DNA from: Eledone cirrhosa
Lineage: Eukaryota
Reading direction: 5' to 3'
Assembly: GCA_964016885.1 (NCBI GenBank)
Contig: OZ024740.1
Location: forward strand, 382,478,001-382,542,000
Length of the DNA: 64,000 nt
A program made the position numbers and the translations under genes. The notes under the pieces were generated by a model. It saw only the letters and a program-made list of their open reading frames with translations. It ran no database searches and had not been told where the DNA came from. This document shows positions 1 to 14,790 of the stretch, in pieces; the stretch's first letter is position 1, and each line of letters starts with the position of its first letter.

Positions 1-1621
1 ATCCGTGTCAGCATATGCCGACGATGTCACCGTAGTGGTGTCGAACGCCAAACACATCGAGGCGATCGGCACTACACTAAGAGAATACGAAGCGGTGACA
101 GGAGCAATGATCAACCAAAAGTCAGTGGGCCTGCAGCTCGGCACCTGGAGAGGCAGGTCCATGCCGTGCAACAGCGTCGTCGGGCGCTGGACGGACGGAC
201 CGGTTAAATTGCTAGGGGTCTGGTTCGGTCCAGACCTCCAGACGGACAAAAACTGGGACGAGGTGACGAGCAGGTTGACTTCTCTCACCCAGAAATGGGC
301 CGAGAGGAAGCTATCCCTGAAAGGTCGAGCGAGCGGTGGTGGATGCTTACATCACATCCGTCATCTACTACCGCATGACCGTCGTACCTTGTCCTAAGCC
401 CCGTCTGACTGCGCTGGAGCGTTTGCTCTTTCGCTTCTTGTGGAAGGGACGCGCTCCGATGGTCAGGCGGTCCATCTGCCGTCAACACCCGCGACGTGGA
501 GGGTTGGGCATGCCGTGGCTGATGATGCGCAGACACGCGCTCAGGCTACGACATCTCCACCTATCCTCGACGGTGATCAGATGTGGTCGCCGTTTGCTAG
601 ACACGTTTTTCCCCAACTCGTCTCCTTGACGGAGCTGCAGTCCTGGGTCAAGCGAAGACCGAGAGGGAGCGCTTGGAGACTGGAATGTCTTCAGGCGATC
701 ACAGCCCTCGACCAATGGGGCAATGTGATCGGTGGAAACTCCACCTTGGCGTTCTATAGGGGATTAGTGGAGGGGAAGAGCGACGACGTACTTGGAGAAA
801 CTCTAGGCGTCGACGAAAATCAACTAGCCAATCTCTTCGGAAGGACTTTCGGGCCGGGGCCTATGGACAACTTCCAGAAATCCCTGGCCTGGCAGTGCAA
901 CCGAGGAGCCTTGCCAGTTCGGGATAAACTCTACAGGCATGGAGGTGCCGTCAGCCGGGCATGACCGAGATGCGCGCAGGGCGACGAAACCGTCCTGCAC
1001 GCACTCGTCCAGAGTCCGAGCATTGCTGACTTGTGGGTTTATGTCGAACACCTGCTGTCACGTGTAGGACGGATCCAGCTATCAGCTGAGTCCATCGTGA
1101 GGATTGCCCCGCCCCCTTCCTTTAGCCGGGAAGGGCAGGCAGTTTTTATCTGTCTGGTGGCCATGGCGAAAGAGATAGTATGGTGGACACGTTTGAAAGG
1201 GCTGAAGACGAGCACTTACCTCTTCGGTGATGCCCTGATTAACTTTTTCAAATTTCATCTGAAAAGGAAAATCAGGGTAGAGAGGGAAGTGCTCTCTTCC
1301 CAGCATTTTGTTGAAAGATGGGTGAGAGAAGCAAGTATGGCCCGAATGAATGGGCCTTCTCTGAGTATGTGTCTGTAAATTAAAGGTGGAAAACTGGGAG
1401 AGGGCGCTTGCCCTGGTGGTCAGGGCCACTGTGGTCTTTTAATGGGCTTTCTCCACAAATGTCCCTCGGAAGTCTCCCACCTATTGGGGAATCTTTCTTT
1501 GTTATTTTATTTCATCCTCTGTTTTTTTTACACGCAGAAATGCCCATTTGTACCGTCCTGTATTGTCCAGTACTGTCCTTAATGTCTACTTTATGTAAAC
1601 CCTTGTGGTTAATAAAGAAAA

Positions 1622-1622
<1 letters not shown>
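1..1622 (+). mobile_element. 3' part of a Tx1/L1-clade non-LTR retrotransposon (RT C-terminus, CCHC domain, 3' UTR), decayed
   Basis: Starts with SAYADD (RT motif), then frameshifted ORF2 pieces and a (C)PRCAQGDETVLHALVQ zinc-finger region. AATAAA near 1611 is followed by the (TTA)n tail. Closely similar to 45716-47343. Confidence 0.93.

Positions 1623-1707
<85 letters not shown>
1623..1707 (+). repeat. (TTA)n tail/target of the LINE
   Basis: Pure TTA run directly after the LINE 3' end. Confidence 0.95.
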
Positions 1708-1708
<1 letters not shown>

Positions 1709-1727
1709 CTTTCTGTTTTAGGTAAGT
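1708..1727 (+). promoter_or_regulatory. Candidate recursive splice site (pyrimidine tract-TAG|GTAAGT)
   Basis: tctttctgttttag immediately followed by GTAAGT. Confidence 0.45.
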
Positions 1728-1854
1728 ACAATGTTTATTTCAAACATCTCCGTAACAGTGAAGTGTGAGTACTAAATCTTTCTTCTTTCTACTCTCATTA
1801 GAAAAAAAAACAACAAAATACACAGGTACAATTCACTTCATATTTTACTAAAAT

Positions 1855-1928
1855 AATTGTTTCTACTTTTGGCACAAGGCCAGCAATTAACCAGTGTATT
1901 ACTGGTACTTTATTTTATCAACCCCGTA
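1855..1928 (-). mobile_element. 3' fragment of tRNA-derived SINE family 1
   Basis: Reverse complement of ggggttgataaaataaagtaccagta...tgctggccttgtgccaaaagtagaaacaattatt, as in the fuller copies. Confidence 0.8.
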
Positions 1929-3756
1929 CTAAAATAATGATTATCATTTCGTCTGGTGTCTCTACTTAGGTGATAGCGGTTTATCTATCAACAATATATA
2001 ATTCAAACAGCTAACATGATAGTGTAATTATGTACTTTATCTTCACTTGGAAGTCAATATATCCCTGTTTGTAAGCAGCTGTTCTGAGATATGGACTGTG
2101 TATTATGTATGTGGTACTAGCTAGCAGCTGCTATTAGATTACATAACATTAATATGCATAATTATTTAATGTCAATTAGATTTATTATTATGGAATATCT
2201 AAATATCCCAATACATAATTCACATCCTCTCTTTCAGAATTTCTTCGTTTTCATCCTTTTTGAAATATTTCAGATTAAATCTAATATCATTCTATTTAAA
2301 ACCCCTTGAGAACAAATGGGAGGAAGATCTCTCATCAGGGAATAATGTTAATTCAGCTTAAAAAACAACAACTCAATAATTTAAAAGTTGAAAGCAGTGT
2401 GGTATATGTAATTTATGTAACATGACCAAAATAATTGAACTCTTGTTTCTTCAGAGAAATATGAGTTGAAACATCCTGTTGATTTTGTAAGGAAACGATG
2501 TATTATATGTATGTATATATCAATCACTAAACTTAATTGTTGAAACAATTTCGCATGCACGATAACCGAATACACAGAAAGTACAAAGTTTCAATGTTTA
2601 GTTCGATAAACTATGTAAAGGATCCTCGAAAAGGAAGCTCATCTATTTCATCATTTACAAAGATTACAGCTCCTGAAATACCAAACAGCAGAGCAACAAT
2701 ATCCGTAGTAAAAGTGGCGAAGTATTGTTGATTTTCCATTTTGAAGAATGCAAGTGAAAAATATGGAAACGCAAGAAACCTACTAAGATGCGATACTCAT
2801 CAATCATTCACCAGACAGATATAATTCTGCGGAACATAATCATTAAGACTTGTATCATGATATACGCAACTGATACACAAGACAGTAAAAATCCAGATAC
2901 TCTAAAGAACTAGTCAGTTTGAGACGTTCCCAATTTTTTTTTCTTACAAAGTATTTTTAAATTAGTTGAACTTTGATCCCCTAATACCAGCCTAAAAAAC
3001 AGAATCCAGTGTCAATCAATGAAAATGATGGCATATATCTTAGCATCCTAGCAAAAAATATATAACTAAAATATTATCGCTCCCGAAGAAACCGCCAGTC
3101 TAACAAGCAAAGATAACTAGAGGTTCCTCGCAAAAACCGATTGCAGGCACAATAGAACAGCCGTTCTCCATGACCTTCGATACAGGGAACAATTTGTTAG
3201 ATTTATGCCGGGAAATGTGTGCCCTAGTTCTGAGCCAAAGTGTATAGGTTGCAAACTGTAAGTTCAATTTCAAATGACTTTTTCAAGGTCATCTATGACC
3301 AGTTCAACATAATTGAATAGATGTTGGGTTTTAGCAGGATATACTAACCCTAACTGAAACATGTAATGATGAAAATCTTGGATGATCAAATTGTAAAGCA
3401 CTAGTTTTATGTAAGAAATTAAGATCACAAAATATTTTAAGTTGTGTACTAATAACTACTTAGAAATGTTGAGTGTTACTACAGCAGCCTTACAATAAAA
3501 ATGAACTGAGTTTAGAAGTTCAACGCTAAATCCAAAACAATTTGTGTATGTAAAAGTGAAAGTTTCCAATTCAAGGATCACATATGTTATATCTGGAACA
3601 TAGCCTCATTACATACTTTAGTTAAAACTAAAGTATGTAATGAGTCTCTAATTTGTAAGTGTAAGATATCAGAAAATATAATGTTTTGTATGTATACAGA
3701 TGCTTAGTATGCATTGTGTACATTTATATCGTGAGAATTTTCAAGTAAGGAGAGAT

Positions 3757-3842
3757 TGATATATATATATATATAGATTGATATATATATATATATATAT
3801 ATATAATAGAGCGAGCGAACGAGAGAGAGAGAGAGATAGAGA

Positions 3843-3909
<67 letters not shown>
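3757..3909. repeat. (TA)n + (GA)n microsatellite
   Basis: Seen directly. Confidence 0.95.
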
Positions 3910-3911
<2 letters not shown>

Positions 3912-5775
3912 GGTAATTTCATTTATAAATCTAATCGAATCTCGAGTAGGAATCTTTATGTCATATTACAAATAAATGCATTCGTCGCTGATATCATCTT
4001 ATTTGTGAGATTTATATTCTACACCAGATGCATAGGAAACATTACGACGATAAATTGTGGTAGGAAGTTACTTTCTATCTTTTTGAGATGTAACCTTGTA
4101 TATATGTGTGTATTGTGAAGTAAATATTATTGCGAACTAGCACATACAACTTCATTCAAATGATAATAAATTTAATATCATTTTCCCCTCTGAACATTCT
4201 TTACTGTATTTATACACAAACGTAACTTTAAACTATAACAAACGTTACCGATTAATATACGTGCATGTAAGGATTGACGAGGTAACATTCTTACATTGAT
4301 GACCATCTATGATGTCAGCCATCCAATATCGGTAAATGTTGACATTAAATTAAATACATAATAAGCCACCCCCTTGATATGATTCATGCGGGGGGAAATG
4401 ATATACATTTACTTACATATACAAAAACAACACACTCTTTAAAATATTTTCCCATTCATTTTTCATCATTCAAACATATAAGACAATGAATATAAGAATA
4501 CACAATTTGATAAGTATAATGGCAAAACCTTTTAATATTGTCTTAAATGAAATAACACATTGGAAAATACTGTATAGCCCCTGGTATAACAATACCAGGT
4601 CATCGCACGTTTGCAGTTGGTTGGAGATCTCCTCTGTTAGTACTGATAAGGTTTTAAACAATACTGTCAGCTAATCTTTGGGCGAAGCAATATGAAGCAT
4701 TTAGCATAAATCTTTTACAAAAAAGTGAAAAGTTTCTGTTTTATTACAAATATATCGATTCAAAACGTCCTTATTCTAACATAGGTGAAATACACGTTTT
4801 CGAAAACTGATATTTGTGAATTCAGATACAAAACCTGTATAAATTATTGTTAACAAGCGTAAATATAATTGACGTCGTTGATAATATAAGGTGTTAATAA
4901 ACTTCCAGATTCTTGCGTATCGAAAACCAACATAATATAAAGGTTGATAAAATACTATCGGTTTCTCTCTTTTATAGGTATAAAAGTAATATATATATGT
5001 ACACGGTGTACGGAGAGTACATTTTCCACGAGCATATAATAAAGGCATATTTCATAACTCGTCTACAGTGGTGGTGTAATTTTGTTACATTTCAAAAGAG
5101 AATATCTGATAGTGTTACTTCAATCCAATTCCAATAAAACAGGTCATTATTTTGCACAAGCACACACACATCCTAAAGAGCATTCCAAAACGGTTAGTTA
5201 AGCACTACAGTGCAATTACTAACTACCAGGCGCTAGGGTTCTGCTCTTTCCTTTCTCTATTGCAACTACTTCTCATTTTCTGAATTAGCCCTCTGTATAC
5301 ATCATAATCCCCTCGATCTACCAGATTCTCATGCATTGATATTTTCTGTCTCCACTTCCCAATACTTACAACCTTTTAGAATTGCTTCTCTATCCATGTG
5401 TTTCATTCAGGTATTTACTGGCAAAGGTTCAAGCAAAATATCAACTGCATAAATTCGAAGTGGGTTTCTATAATAAGATATTGATTAGATATGCAAGACG
5501 TTCCTACCATCTATAGAAACATATAAAGAAATGTCAAGTGATAAATGATCACTCATAGATTTAAGGAGGAATTCAGCTATAAATATGAGTTCTCGTTTTT
5601 GTAATGCTAGACGGAGAAACTCAATGAGCTTCAATATTAAACAATGAAACGCACCTACAAAAGGACCATCTTAGAAGAGAGTTTATAACTTACAAAAAAA
5701 ATAGTGTTTGAACGATCTCCAATTTTTTTTAATTTTAAATCTCTATTCTAATATGGAGTATATATCCGTACATCT

Positions 5776-5970
5776 GGATTAGCAGTATCGGTAGATCGTC
5801 GGACACCATGCTTTGCGGTATAGAGTTATGGTCTTTTACGTTCTGAATTCAAATCCCCCCGAGTTTAGCTTTGCCTTTCATCCTTAAGGGGTCGATAAAA
5901 TAAAGCAACAGTAAGTACTGCGGTCGATTTAATCAAATCTCCCCCTTCAATTTGTTGGAAACTATTATTT
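5776..5970 (+). mobile_element. tRNA-derived SINE family 1
   Basis: A-box-like TAGCAGTATCGG, B-box-like GAATTCAAATCC, and core gcctttcatccttaaggggtcgataaaataaag. Confidence 0.85.
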
Positions 5971-7967
5971 ATGAATTAATAGCTCTCTCATAGTGGGAAA
6001 AATTATGTTGATTTCTAACAAAGAGCATCGTTATAATTAAAAACTCATTTATATGTTGAAAAAATGTGGTTAAGAGAGCACCTAAGCTTATAACGTTTTA
6101 AACTTGCTCAAATAGTTGTAGTTGAAGGACAAATGTTTCGTGCTTTATGACATTCGTAATTTCACGTTTGAATTTTATTATATTTAAACATTAAGTATTT
6201 TGAAGACTATGTTAATAAACAGCAAGACATGCATTAACGAGTATGAATTAAACTGAGATAATTGTTGTCAAATACGCTGATGCAAAATTGCGAAAGAATT
6301 ATCATTCAATATCGCATTTGACTAGGCTATTATTAATAAACCTTTCAGATTTTTCGTGGAAATTTCTCACAAATTGCATCCGCTTTTAAGGGAAAGGGAG
6401 TACATATTGGAGAATGTAGCACATATTTGATTATGCTGCTCGTTTACTACTAAATCTAAGATTAAATATACGTGGTATCTACTAGGAATAATAACCAGAT
6501 TTTCCCATATCACAGGTTACCTTCAAAAATATTGAAGGGTACATTGTAAGAGGTTGTGTTGGATAAACAAATGCATGGGATTGCTAAAGCTGGAACACAC
6601 TTGATCATGTCTGCTCAGTCAGAGCTGATTTGGAGTTAAAGATCATCAATAACTACTAATATAACACAAATCCAAAAATAAATACATACCATGAAATTTT
6701 ATAATGATGTTCGTTACACTTGAACATAAACGCATTTTTAATGTTTTAGTGGAACAGGAAGAAAAATAAACCGATCAATTTATTAAAAAAAGGGAGATTA
6801 AAAACATAACCGCTGGAATATAATTCCATAAAAGTGGTATCTGTCGTCGCCATTACATTGAACTAGGCGTCAAGCCAAGAGTTTTCTCTTGTAAAGAAGT
6901 CATTACTTCAACATAAGATCTTTTCTACATGGCATTACTATCAGAGATTTATCTAATGATTAATGGTTTATCGATAAGATTTGCAATTTCATTATTTCAA
7001 GTTCATTCCGCATAAGATTGGTAAATCAGATTGAAAAATTTATCTTGCATATTCTCAGTCTCTATCCTTCTAACTCATTACATAAACGTTTGTTTGTATA
7101 AACACACACGCTAACACACTTGTACATATATATTTTTATTCTGCTGCTTCGTCTCCTACATCTATTGGAATTGACCAGCTTATTTATTAATAACATTATT
7201 CGTCCTCGCCACTGAAACCCTTTGTGTTATACGTATCGAGACAGTAAATTTTATCGATAGATGTAAATTTTATGTTATATGGCCTCTACACAGTGAAACA
7301 CTACAGTTCTTTTATTGTTTACGAGATTTTTGTTGCTCTGTGAATACTGATCAATAACAATGGCCATGATAATACTTCCATCATCACTAAACAAGAATGA
7401 AAAAAAAATCATCAGTAATAGTTATGACAGCATAGCACCAAAAACGATATTTAAGGTGGTGCCCCTGCATATATGCGGTCTAAATAACAGAAGGCAATGG
7501 AAGTGTGATATATTAAAAGAATATAATATATATAATAACAAATTCTAGCATAGTCATATAGCCATGTATTTGAGGAATGAAACAAATGATATGTATTTGA
7601 TATTCATGTGTTGTATAGATCCGGTACACAGATGGCTAAAGTCGATATTGATAGGATTTGAACTGTGAGCGCAGTGATGTTACCGAATATCACGAAGAAT
7701 TTGTACGCTGAATTACAGATTTTGTAATGAAGATTTCTGTCATAGTCAATACACTAACACTAGTGAATTTTGCTAATGTTGATTTACATGGAAGTTGAAC
7801 CCTTAACTTAATAAAAAGCAACAACATACAAAACACATACAGGTGTTCGGGCACTCTACCGATTCTGCCTGTAATAACACTACTAATTATAATAAACAGA
7901 ATAGCATATATAAACGCAAATATAATGCTAATAATATGCTTAATAGTAATTATATTTCGTAATGTTA

Positions 7968-8001
<34 letters not shown>

Positions 8002-9409
8002 TCTGGGAATGTAAATTCGATATTTTAAATTGTAATGTTGTGTTGGCAAGTTGTAAATTAAGTTCCATGTAATTTTTCCGAGATCTTTGATTATATTTTT
8101 TTTATTGTTTCCTTAGAATTTACAATGATTTATGATGCCGATACCGATAAATAATAATGATAATAATGATAATAATAATAATATTATTAATAATAATAGT
8201 GTCAGTGTTACTTCCTCCATTTCTAGACGCTTAATGAGAAATATTTTAGTAGAAATAAAACGAAAGATTTACAACAAAATACACGATTATGATATTTATA
8301 TGTGTCTCCTATATATAAATAAAATTGTAGTTTGCTGAAGCAATGGTGAGTATGAGGACAGTGATTTAGTAATGCATGATAATGTAGCTGAGAATAAATA
8401 ATCAGAAAATATAGATTTACTGTTCCCTTCATATTAAAGACTAGCGGCATACGATGGGAGTAAGAACATATGTCGTCAGTCTTCTTCAAATTATTTCACA
8501 ATTATATGTGGAATAATAAGAGTTATCAGCTCAATAATACAGATAAATATTCATGAAGAACAAATACGACAATAACCCACTCACCAACTCAATTACTTAT
8601 CACTCAGGCAATTCTGCCGACATACCAATTTTACATTTGTTTGTGTTAATTAAACGATTAGTATTTCAAAATATTCATTTAATATAGTATATAAGCTGAC
8701 GAAACATAAAAGGATCAGGCACATGGAACAAACGACCAGAAGCATTAGTCACCCTATAGATAATGTTCGAATATGAAAAAAATATAACTAAGAGTAGACA
8801 CAGATGAACAATATTAATTACAAAGGCCAAATAATATGTGACAAAAGAGCATTGGCAATAAAAATAACCACTCTCTTACCAAAATTAGTGAGGAACGGAT
8901 TAGGTACCCTCACTATATATGTATAAAATTATGTTTGTATATATAGATGTATTTATAGATGCATATTATGGTGTTTCATATTTATAGCAAAGCACTTTTT
9001 TTTTCGGAAAAACGTCACAAGGACTGCGCCGTGAATCCATTTCACATAAAAGCTACACAGTCGAAAATACGAGAAAATACGGGCTACACAATTGGATGCA
9101 TTTTGAATGTTATGGCTAAAAAAATGAAAACATTACTTCAACATCTGTTGATTGAAGCCATGATTTTATACACCACCACAATCAACAACTATACCATCGC
9201 CACAACAATCACCACAACCGCCACAACCATCACTACTGCCATCACCTCGATATAATTATGTTTCTATATAGAAATGGATGTATCGCCAGTCGATTGAGAA
9301 GAACTCGGACGTCATTCAATTAACGAGTGAGGTGGAGCTCGTCAAATTGGACCGAGGAAACAGTGTTTCGGTTGGTCTTTCCAATTGCTAAAACTATCTG
9401 TCGGTCACA

Positions 9410-9545
9410 ACTCCAGGCAGAAGGAGCAACGTGAAATAAAGTATCGTGTTCAAGTACATAAAACGGCACCCGGTCCGGGAATCGAAATCACAACCTCATG
9501 ATTGCGAGATCCATTCTCTAACTATTCAGCCACGTACCTTCATTG
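9410..9545 (-). mobile_element. tRNA-derived SINE family 2 (CORE-like), decayed
   Basis: ggagcaacgtgaaataaagt...cccggtccgggaatcgaa...ctaac...agccac, shared with 10490-10612 and 49910-50040. Confidence 0.7.
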
Positions 9546-9547
9546 AT

Positions 9548-9919
<372 letters not shown>

Positions 9920-10289
9920 AGAATCAACATTAAATAATAAACATAAGGACAAGCTGTGCGTAGATGGCACTACACCAATTCGAGGCGGGTCGCGATGTCA
10001 CAAAATGTGACGTTTCAGATAAGCTATTTACCTCCTTCGGGTCGAAAGAGGTTTATACCGTTTGGCAGCTGCCATCATCACGATATCGTTCAAGGCGGTT
10101 ATGTGAGAGAATTGACCTGCAGTATGGCAACAATATAGCAGGTGTTGTCCGAACTCGATGACCATGCCTCCACAACCGCATTAGTATGGTTGATATATGT
10201 GAAGAGCAAAGGTGCACATCACCAAGAAATATTCCGATAGAGGGAGGCACTGAGATGAACCAAAGAACGAGACGATATACGGCATATAT

Positions 10290-10612
10290 GTAAAAGAACC
10301 CCTTCGGTCATGAATGAATCTGTGATTTACCCGTAGAATGTTTCCCTTCCGATGCACAAGTCCAGCCAATGTACTTTTTTGGCAGACCAGCATTCCATTC
10401 TCCCCTCTTCTCGCCAACGATGTTCTGTAAGGAAACGCTAAGGTCGATACAACATGGCACCAATGCTGTTGCAACTCCTTTCTAAAGCTGACTGAATTGG
10501 AAGAACGTGAATTAAAGTCTCTTGGGCAAGTTCACAACGCATCACCCGGTTCGGGAATCGAATTCAGAATCTCACGTTTAGAAATCCGACGCTCTCAAAG
10601 CAATAGCCACTA
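10290..10612 (-). mobile_element. tRNA-derived SINE family 2 (CORE-like), decayed
   Basis: Head and core homologous to 49910-50040; the left boundary is approximate. Confidence 0.6.
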
Positions 10613-13600
10613 AATTAGGAAGATAGACGTTATAAAGCTGCAGCTGTCATATTACGTAGTAATTATCTAATAAAGCTAATAGAGCTATATAATTTTGAAA
10701 AATACACATTACTTTGCTCAATAATCGCTCAATGAAAAATGTTTGCGAAAAAACCCAGTAATTCAGACCGCACTAATAAAAGGTAATATTATAGAAACAA
10801 CATACTTAATATCCTGCCTAGACATAAATCATGGCATGAGAAAGGGGATAGTAAGTGTATTAAAATAACATTAGAATGGAAAATCATAATGTTTATAGCT
10901 TGGATAGATTTGTTTCAAGCTGTGAGAAATAATGCCAATTACCATTAGATGAATAATGCCAATTATATTAGATGAAGAGATGGTACATTTTAGACGATAA
11001 CTCTCTTCAACAGGCACATCTTACAAGATATACAAGGTATCACCAATCCACCATTCGTTTACCATTAAAGAGAGGGCACAGGGAAGGAGACTTCAACATA
11101 TTTATTTGAAATATTAACCAATATACATTTAAAACAGAGGATAAGATATATAAATTTGTCCTACATTTCTATTTTTGCTTGAACAATATACAAATTGATA
11201 TATGTGTAATTTTAAGGCTAGGATCACAATATGAGAAGACATTTTGATGTGTATGGGGAACAGAAAATGAACTCGATACTATAGAATATTAAAAGAAGGG
11301 CACAGAGGAAACAATTCTTTAATTCCATAAATGATTGTTTAAATATTTCCTTCCTTTACAGAAAGTAAGAGAGAGAGTGAGAGAGGAGAGAGAGATTGAG
11401 GCAGTGAGAGATAGAGGGAGAGAGAGGAGAGAGACAGAGAGAGAAAAAGAGAGAGGGAGAAAGGGAGAGAGAGAGAGAAAGACGCACATCCATTCAGTCA
11501 CGTACACATGAGTATTAACATAGACAGATGGACAGATAGAAATATGTATGTATATAGAAGATGAATTATGTGTTTTTAAACTTAAATAGACAGAATTTAA
11601 ATTGTATATGTAATTGTTTGCAAAGTAAAAGAGTGGCATTTTTTTACATTCAAAGGGTAGTAGAACAGCAAACGACATACATTTCTTATTTTAAGTTAAC
11701 AGGCTTGCTCCAGCCGTATGTGAATGGCAATAAGAGTCTTTTTTACTATTTTAAGTATATTATAACAAATGCTGATTTACGGATACAATATATATATACT
11801 GTTAAACCAGATTTCTTTTCACAGTTACTAAAGGTTGTATAGAGAATCTTCTAGACTTCTAAAGCATTTTGTCAAAATTTAGCTCCCACCTAGAGTAATC
11901 TATTTTGCAATATTGCGTTTAAAATTGTCTTACATTGTGTACCTGGTTAGAAATATTTCAATCATTCAGAATTAAAATTAATTACATCTGTATAAGGAAC
12001 AAGAAAAAAGGACATTTTTCTGGGAGATTTCTATCGGGGCTCCAAGTGTTCAATTTACATAAATCTTGGATGAAACATTAAAACCCCTTTGCTATGTCTT
12101 TACATTTTATCGTAACATTTGTATATTCATATGCAGCGTTGCTTATAATGTGCTTACAATAACGAAATATGTACTCAAAGCATGCAAGGTAAAGCTTTTC
12201 TCTATAAAATATTTCAGGGTCACACCCACTTACTCATTCAAAAATGAGATAAACGAGAGACGAAACACTTTATCTGCCTGATAATAGTTGGAATAAGTTG
12301 GAGAAAGATGTGATTTTATATACGTATTCCTTTTAACATAGGGTATTAGATATGTCTAATAGTTACATCTTTAAGTGAAATCACTCCCTTTATTTTTCAA
12401 ACAACGGCTTCTAACATAACAATGCAAAGATGGTGATCTATAAATATAGTGATGCGGAAATCACTGCAGCTACGTCAGCCCGTTCCCTCACAGTCAGGCT
12501 AACGTATTATGTTCAAGAAATCGCTAGATAGATTAGGATTGTTATGAAGCAGATTACTTTTTTATAGGATCAACATCATATAGATGCAAATAAAATCTAC
12601 CTTTGAAACCGGATTCTTTTCCTCCCATAGAAACATGCAACATTCTGAGTCTTCATGCGTGTGAATATATGTATACAAATGTATAGATAAACAAAGAAGG
12701 TAAAGAAAACAAAGAAGTGTGTATGTTTGAATGCGTGATTGGTTTGAGATAGTGTGCGAAACTTATGTTGAAAGAAAATAAGATCAAGTGAGAACAGAGC
12801 GATATATCTCTCTCTCTATATATATATATATGGATAAAAGAAAGAGTGTGCGTGCTTAAAAAATGTGTCTGTGCACATGAGAATGTAAGAAAAATATTTA
12901 TGCTAGGAAATGTGTGAAACTCCTGTATACATATAAACAATATGAATTGTCCATAAGCCCATCATAATTGGGTGACTCTCGTTTCAACTGTCCATAAAGA
13001 AATATCTACATAATGACTTTTTTCTATAGTCATCAGAAGAATCCTAAAACCTATAATGAGTAAGCTCTAAATCTCAAAAGAACCATAATATCGTTACAGG
13101 CAAAATTGTTTATACACTGAAATTATTTCCAATCGGAAATCCTAATTGTCAACAAGTATACATATATTCTTAAAAGTAATGCAAATCAAGTCTATTTATC
13201 AGAGTTAATTGAATTCTGATCTTGGATTGTCTTAGGATAATCTTTATACGTGTAAATATTGATTTACGCAGACTTGTATTTGTTGATATAACTAATTATG
13301 TTTCAGATTTAATTTGAGAGAGAACAATTTAAGTGACAAAGATTTGTCTATAAAGAAATATTAAGAGTAAACAAAAACTAAAGACCATTAGAATTTATAA
13401 TTCATATTTTCTTTTCTAAATTAAACGCATTTTGAAAAACAAATAACATTGGAAAATACGCACTCATGAAATTGCAATCCATCACACAATGATTGACACA
13501 TGCACTGTTAATGACTCACTTATGTGTCCACATCCAAACATGAATTACTAATCGCCACCACGCACTCTACCACCTCTCACATAAAATTAAATACATTGAT

Positions 13601-13857
13601 ATGCATTCACTAATGCACACAGAACTCATCGCATTGTATCTCACGAGTCCTTCCAGAAATGCTCACAGATCCTCTTATCTACCATCGTTTGAAACACAAA
13701 CAGTAAATTAATTTCTCCCTATCTCTTTACTCCCACGCTCCCTAATTGAATTTAATCTCTAGGGGTAGTTATTCACTCTTGCACAAATTGTATTCTGAAT
13801 AGGCACACACAGACACACACACACACACATATATATATGTGTATCTATTTCTCTCTC

Positions 13858-13934
<77 letters not shown>

Positions 13935-13968
13935 TATATACATACATACATACATATATATATATATA

Positions 13969-14233
13969 TAGGAACGAGTAGGACCCCGACGGCTGAGCTC
14001 AAGCCGTTTCGACGGCTAATTGTGGACTAGATGAAAATGTTTATAAACATTTTCATTTCTGGATTAAATGAAAATGTTTATGAACATTTTCATTTAGTCC
14101 AGAATTAGCCGTCGAAACGGCTTGAGCTCAGCCGTCGGGGTCCTACTCGTTCCTATTACCCACTCTACTACCCTAAGTATGGAGTACTTTGGTGCGTTAT
14201 GATCCACCTGGTTGCTTACCACATTTCCTTCGT

Positions 14234-14235
<2 letters not shown>
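13969..14235 (+). mobile_element. Fold-back PLE-type element, family A (3' half of a hammerhead, one-sided tail), in (TA)n
   Basis: Inverted arms span 13969-14155. GAAA-CGGCT-TGAGCTC-AGCCG-TC-GGGGTCC at 14114-14143. Tail 14156-14235 has GAGTACT. Related copies at 29380, 29626 and 31507. Confidence 0.8.
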
Positions 14236-14264
<29 letters not shown>

Positions 14265-14308
14265 AAGTTAAATAAAAGTCAAATGATTAAAATTTAGCTT
14301 CGTTTATT

Positions 14309-14363
14309 ACTGCTATATATATTTCAGTGACAGCCATCTTTGGCTGTGACCTCTTCAGGCAGT
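14309..14363 (-). ncRNA. Minimal type I hammerhead ribozyme motif (intact stem II)
   Basis: Minus strand: ACTGC CTGAAGA GGTCACAGCC-AAAGAT-GGCTGTCACT GAAA TATATA TA GCAGT, then AATAAA. Confidence 0.85.
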
Positions 14364-14593
14364 TTGAATTAGTATGGTATAGACAAGTACATATGTTGTT
14401 TAGGTGTATAATATTGTCAATACTCTGATATGCCCAGTTCCTTGTTGGGTTGTTAATTCACTGAGGAACTGGAGTCATATGACTCCAGTTCCTCAGTGAA
14501 TTAACAACCCAACAAGGAACTGGGCATATCAGAGTATTGACAATATTATACACCTAAACAACATATGTACTTGTCTATACCATACTAATTCAA

Positions 14594-14644
14594 ACTGCCT
14601 GAAGAGGTCACAAAGATGGCTGTCACTGAAATATATATAGCAGT
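14594..14644 (+). ncRNA. Minimal type I hammerhead ribozyme motif (4-nt deletion in stem II)
   Basis: actgc CTGAAGA ggtcacaaagatggctgtcact GAAA tatata TA gcagt aataaa. Confidence 0.78.
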
Positions 14645-14790
14645 AATAAACGAAGCTAAATTTTAATCATTTGACTTTTATTTTACTTTATTTTACACTA
14701 CTCCGGAGTAACCAAACCAACCTGCGCACTTCGTCGAGTGCTCCAGCCTGCATACTGAGGTGTTGGTATACAACCAACATAAACTCAAAA

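Noticed and set aside
2610-2740. Short minus-strand ORF MENQQYFATF... and the nearby 4470-4674 ORFs as host exons
   Set aside because: No recognisable domain and no clear splice signals.
14258-14695. Reading the palindromes as ordinary Tc1/mariner MITEs with TA TSDs
   Set aside because: One-sided tails, variable centres, HHR cores and AATAAA fit a PLE origin better, though this is not formally excluded for every element.
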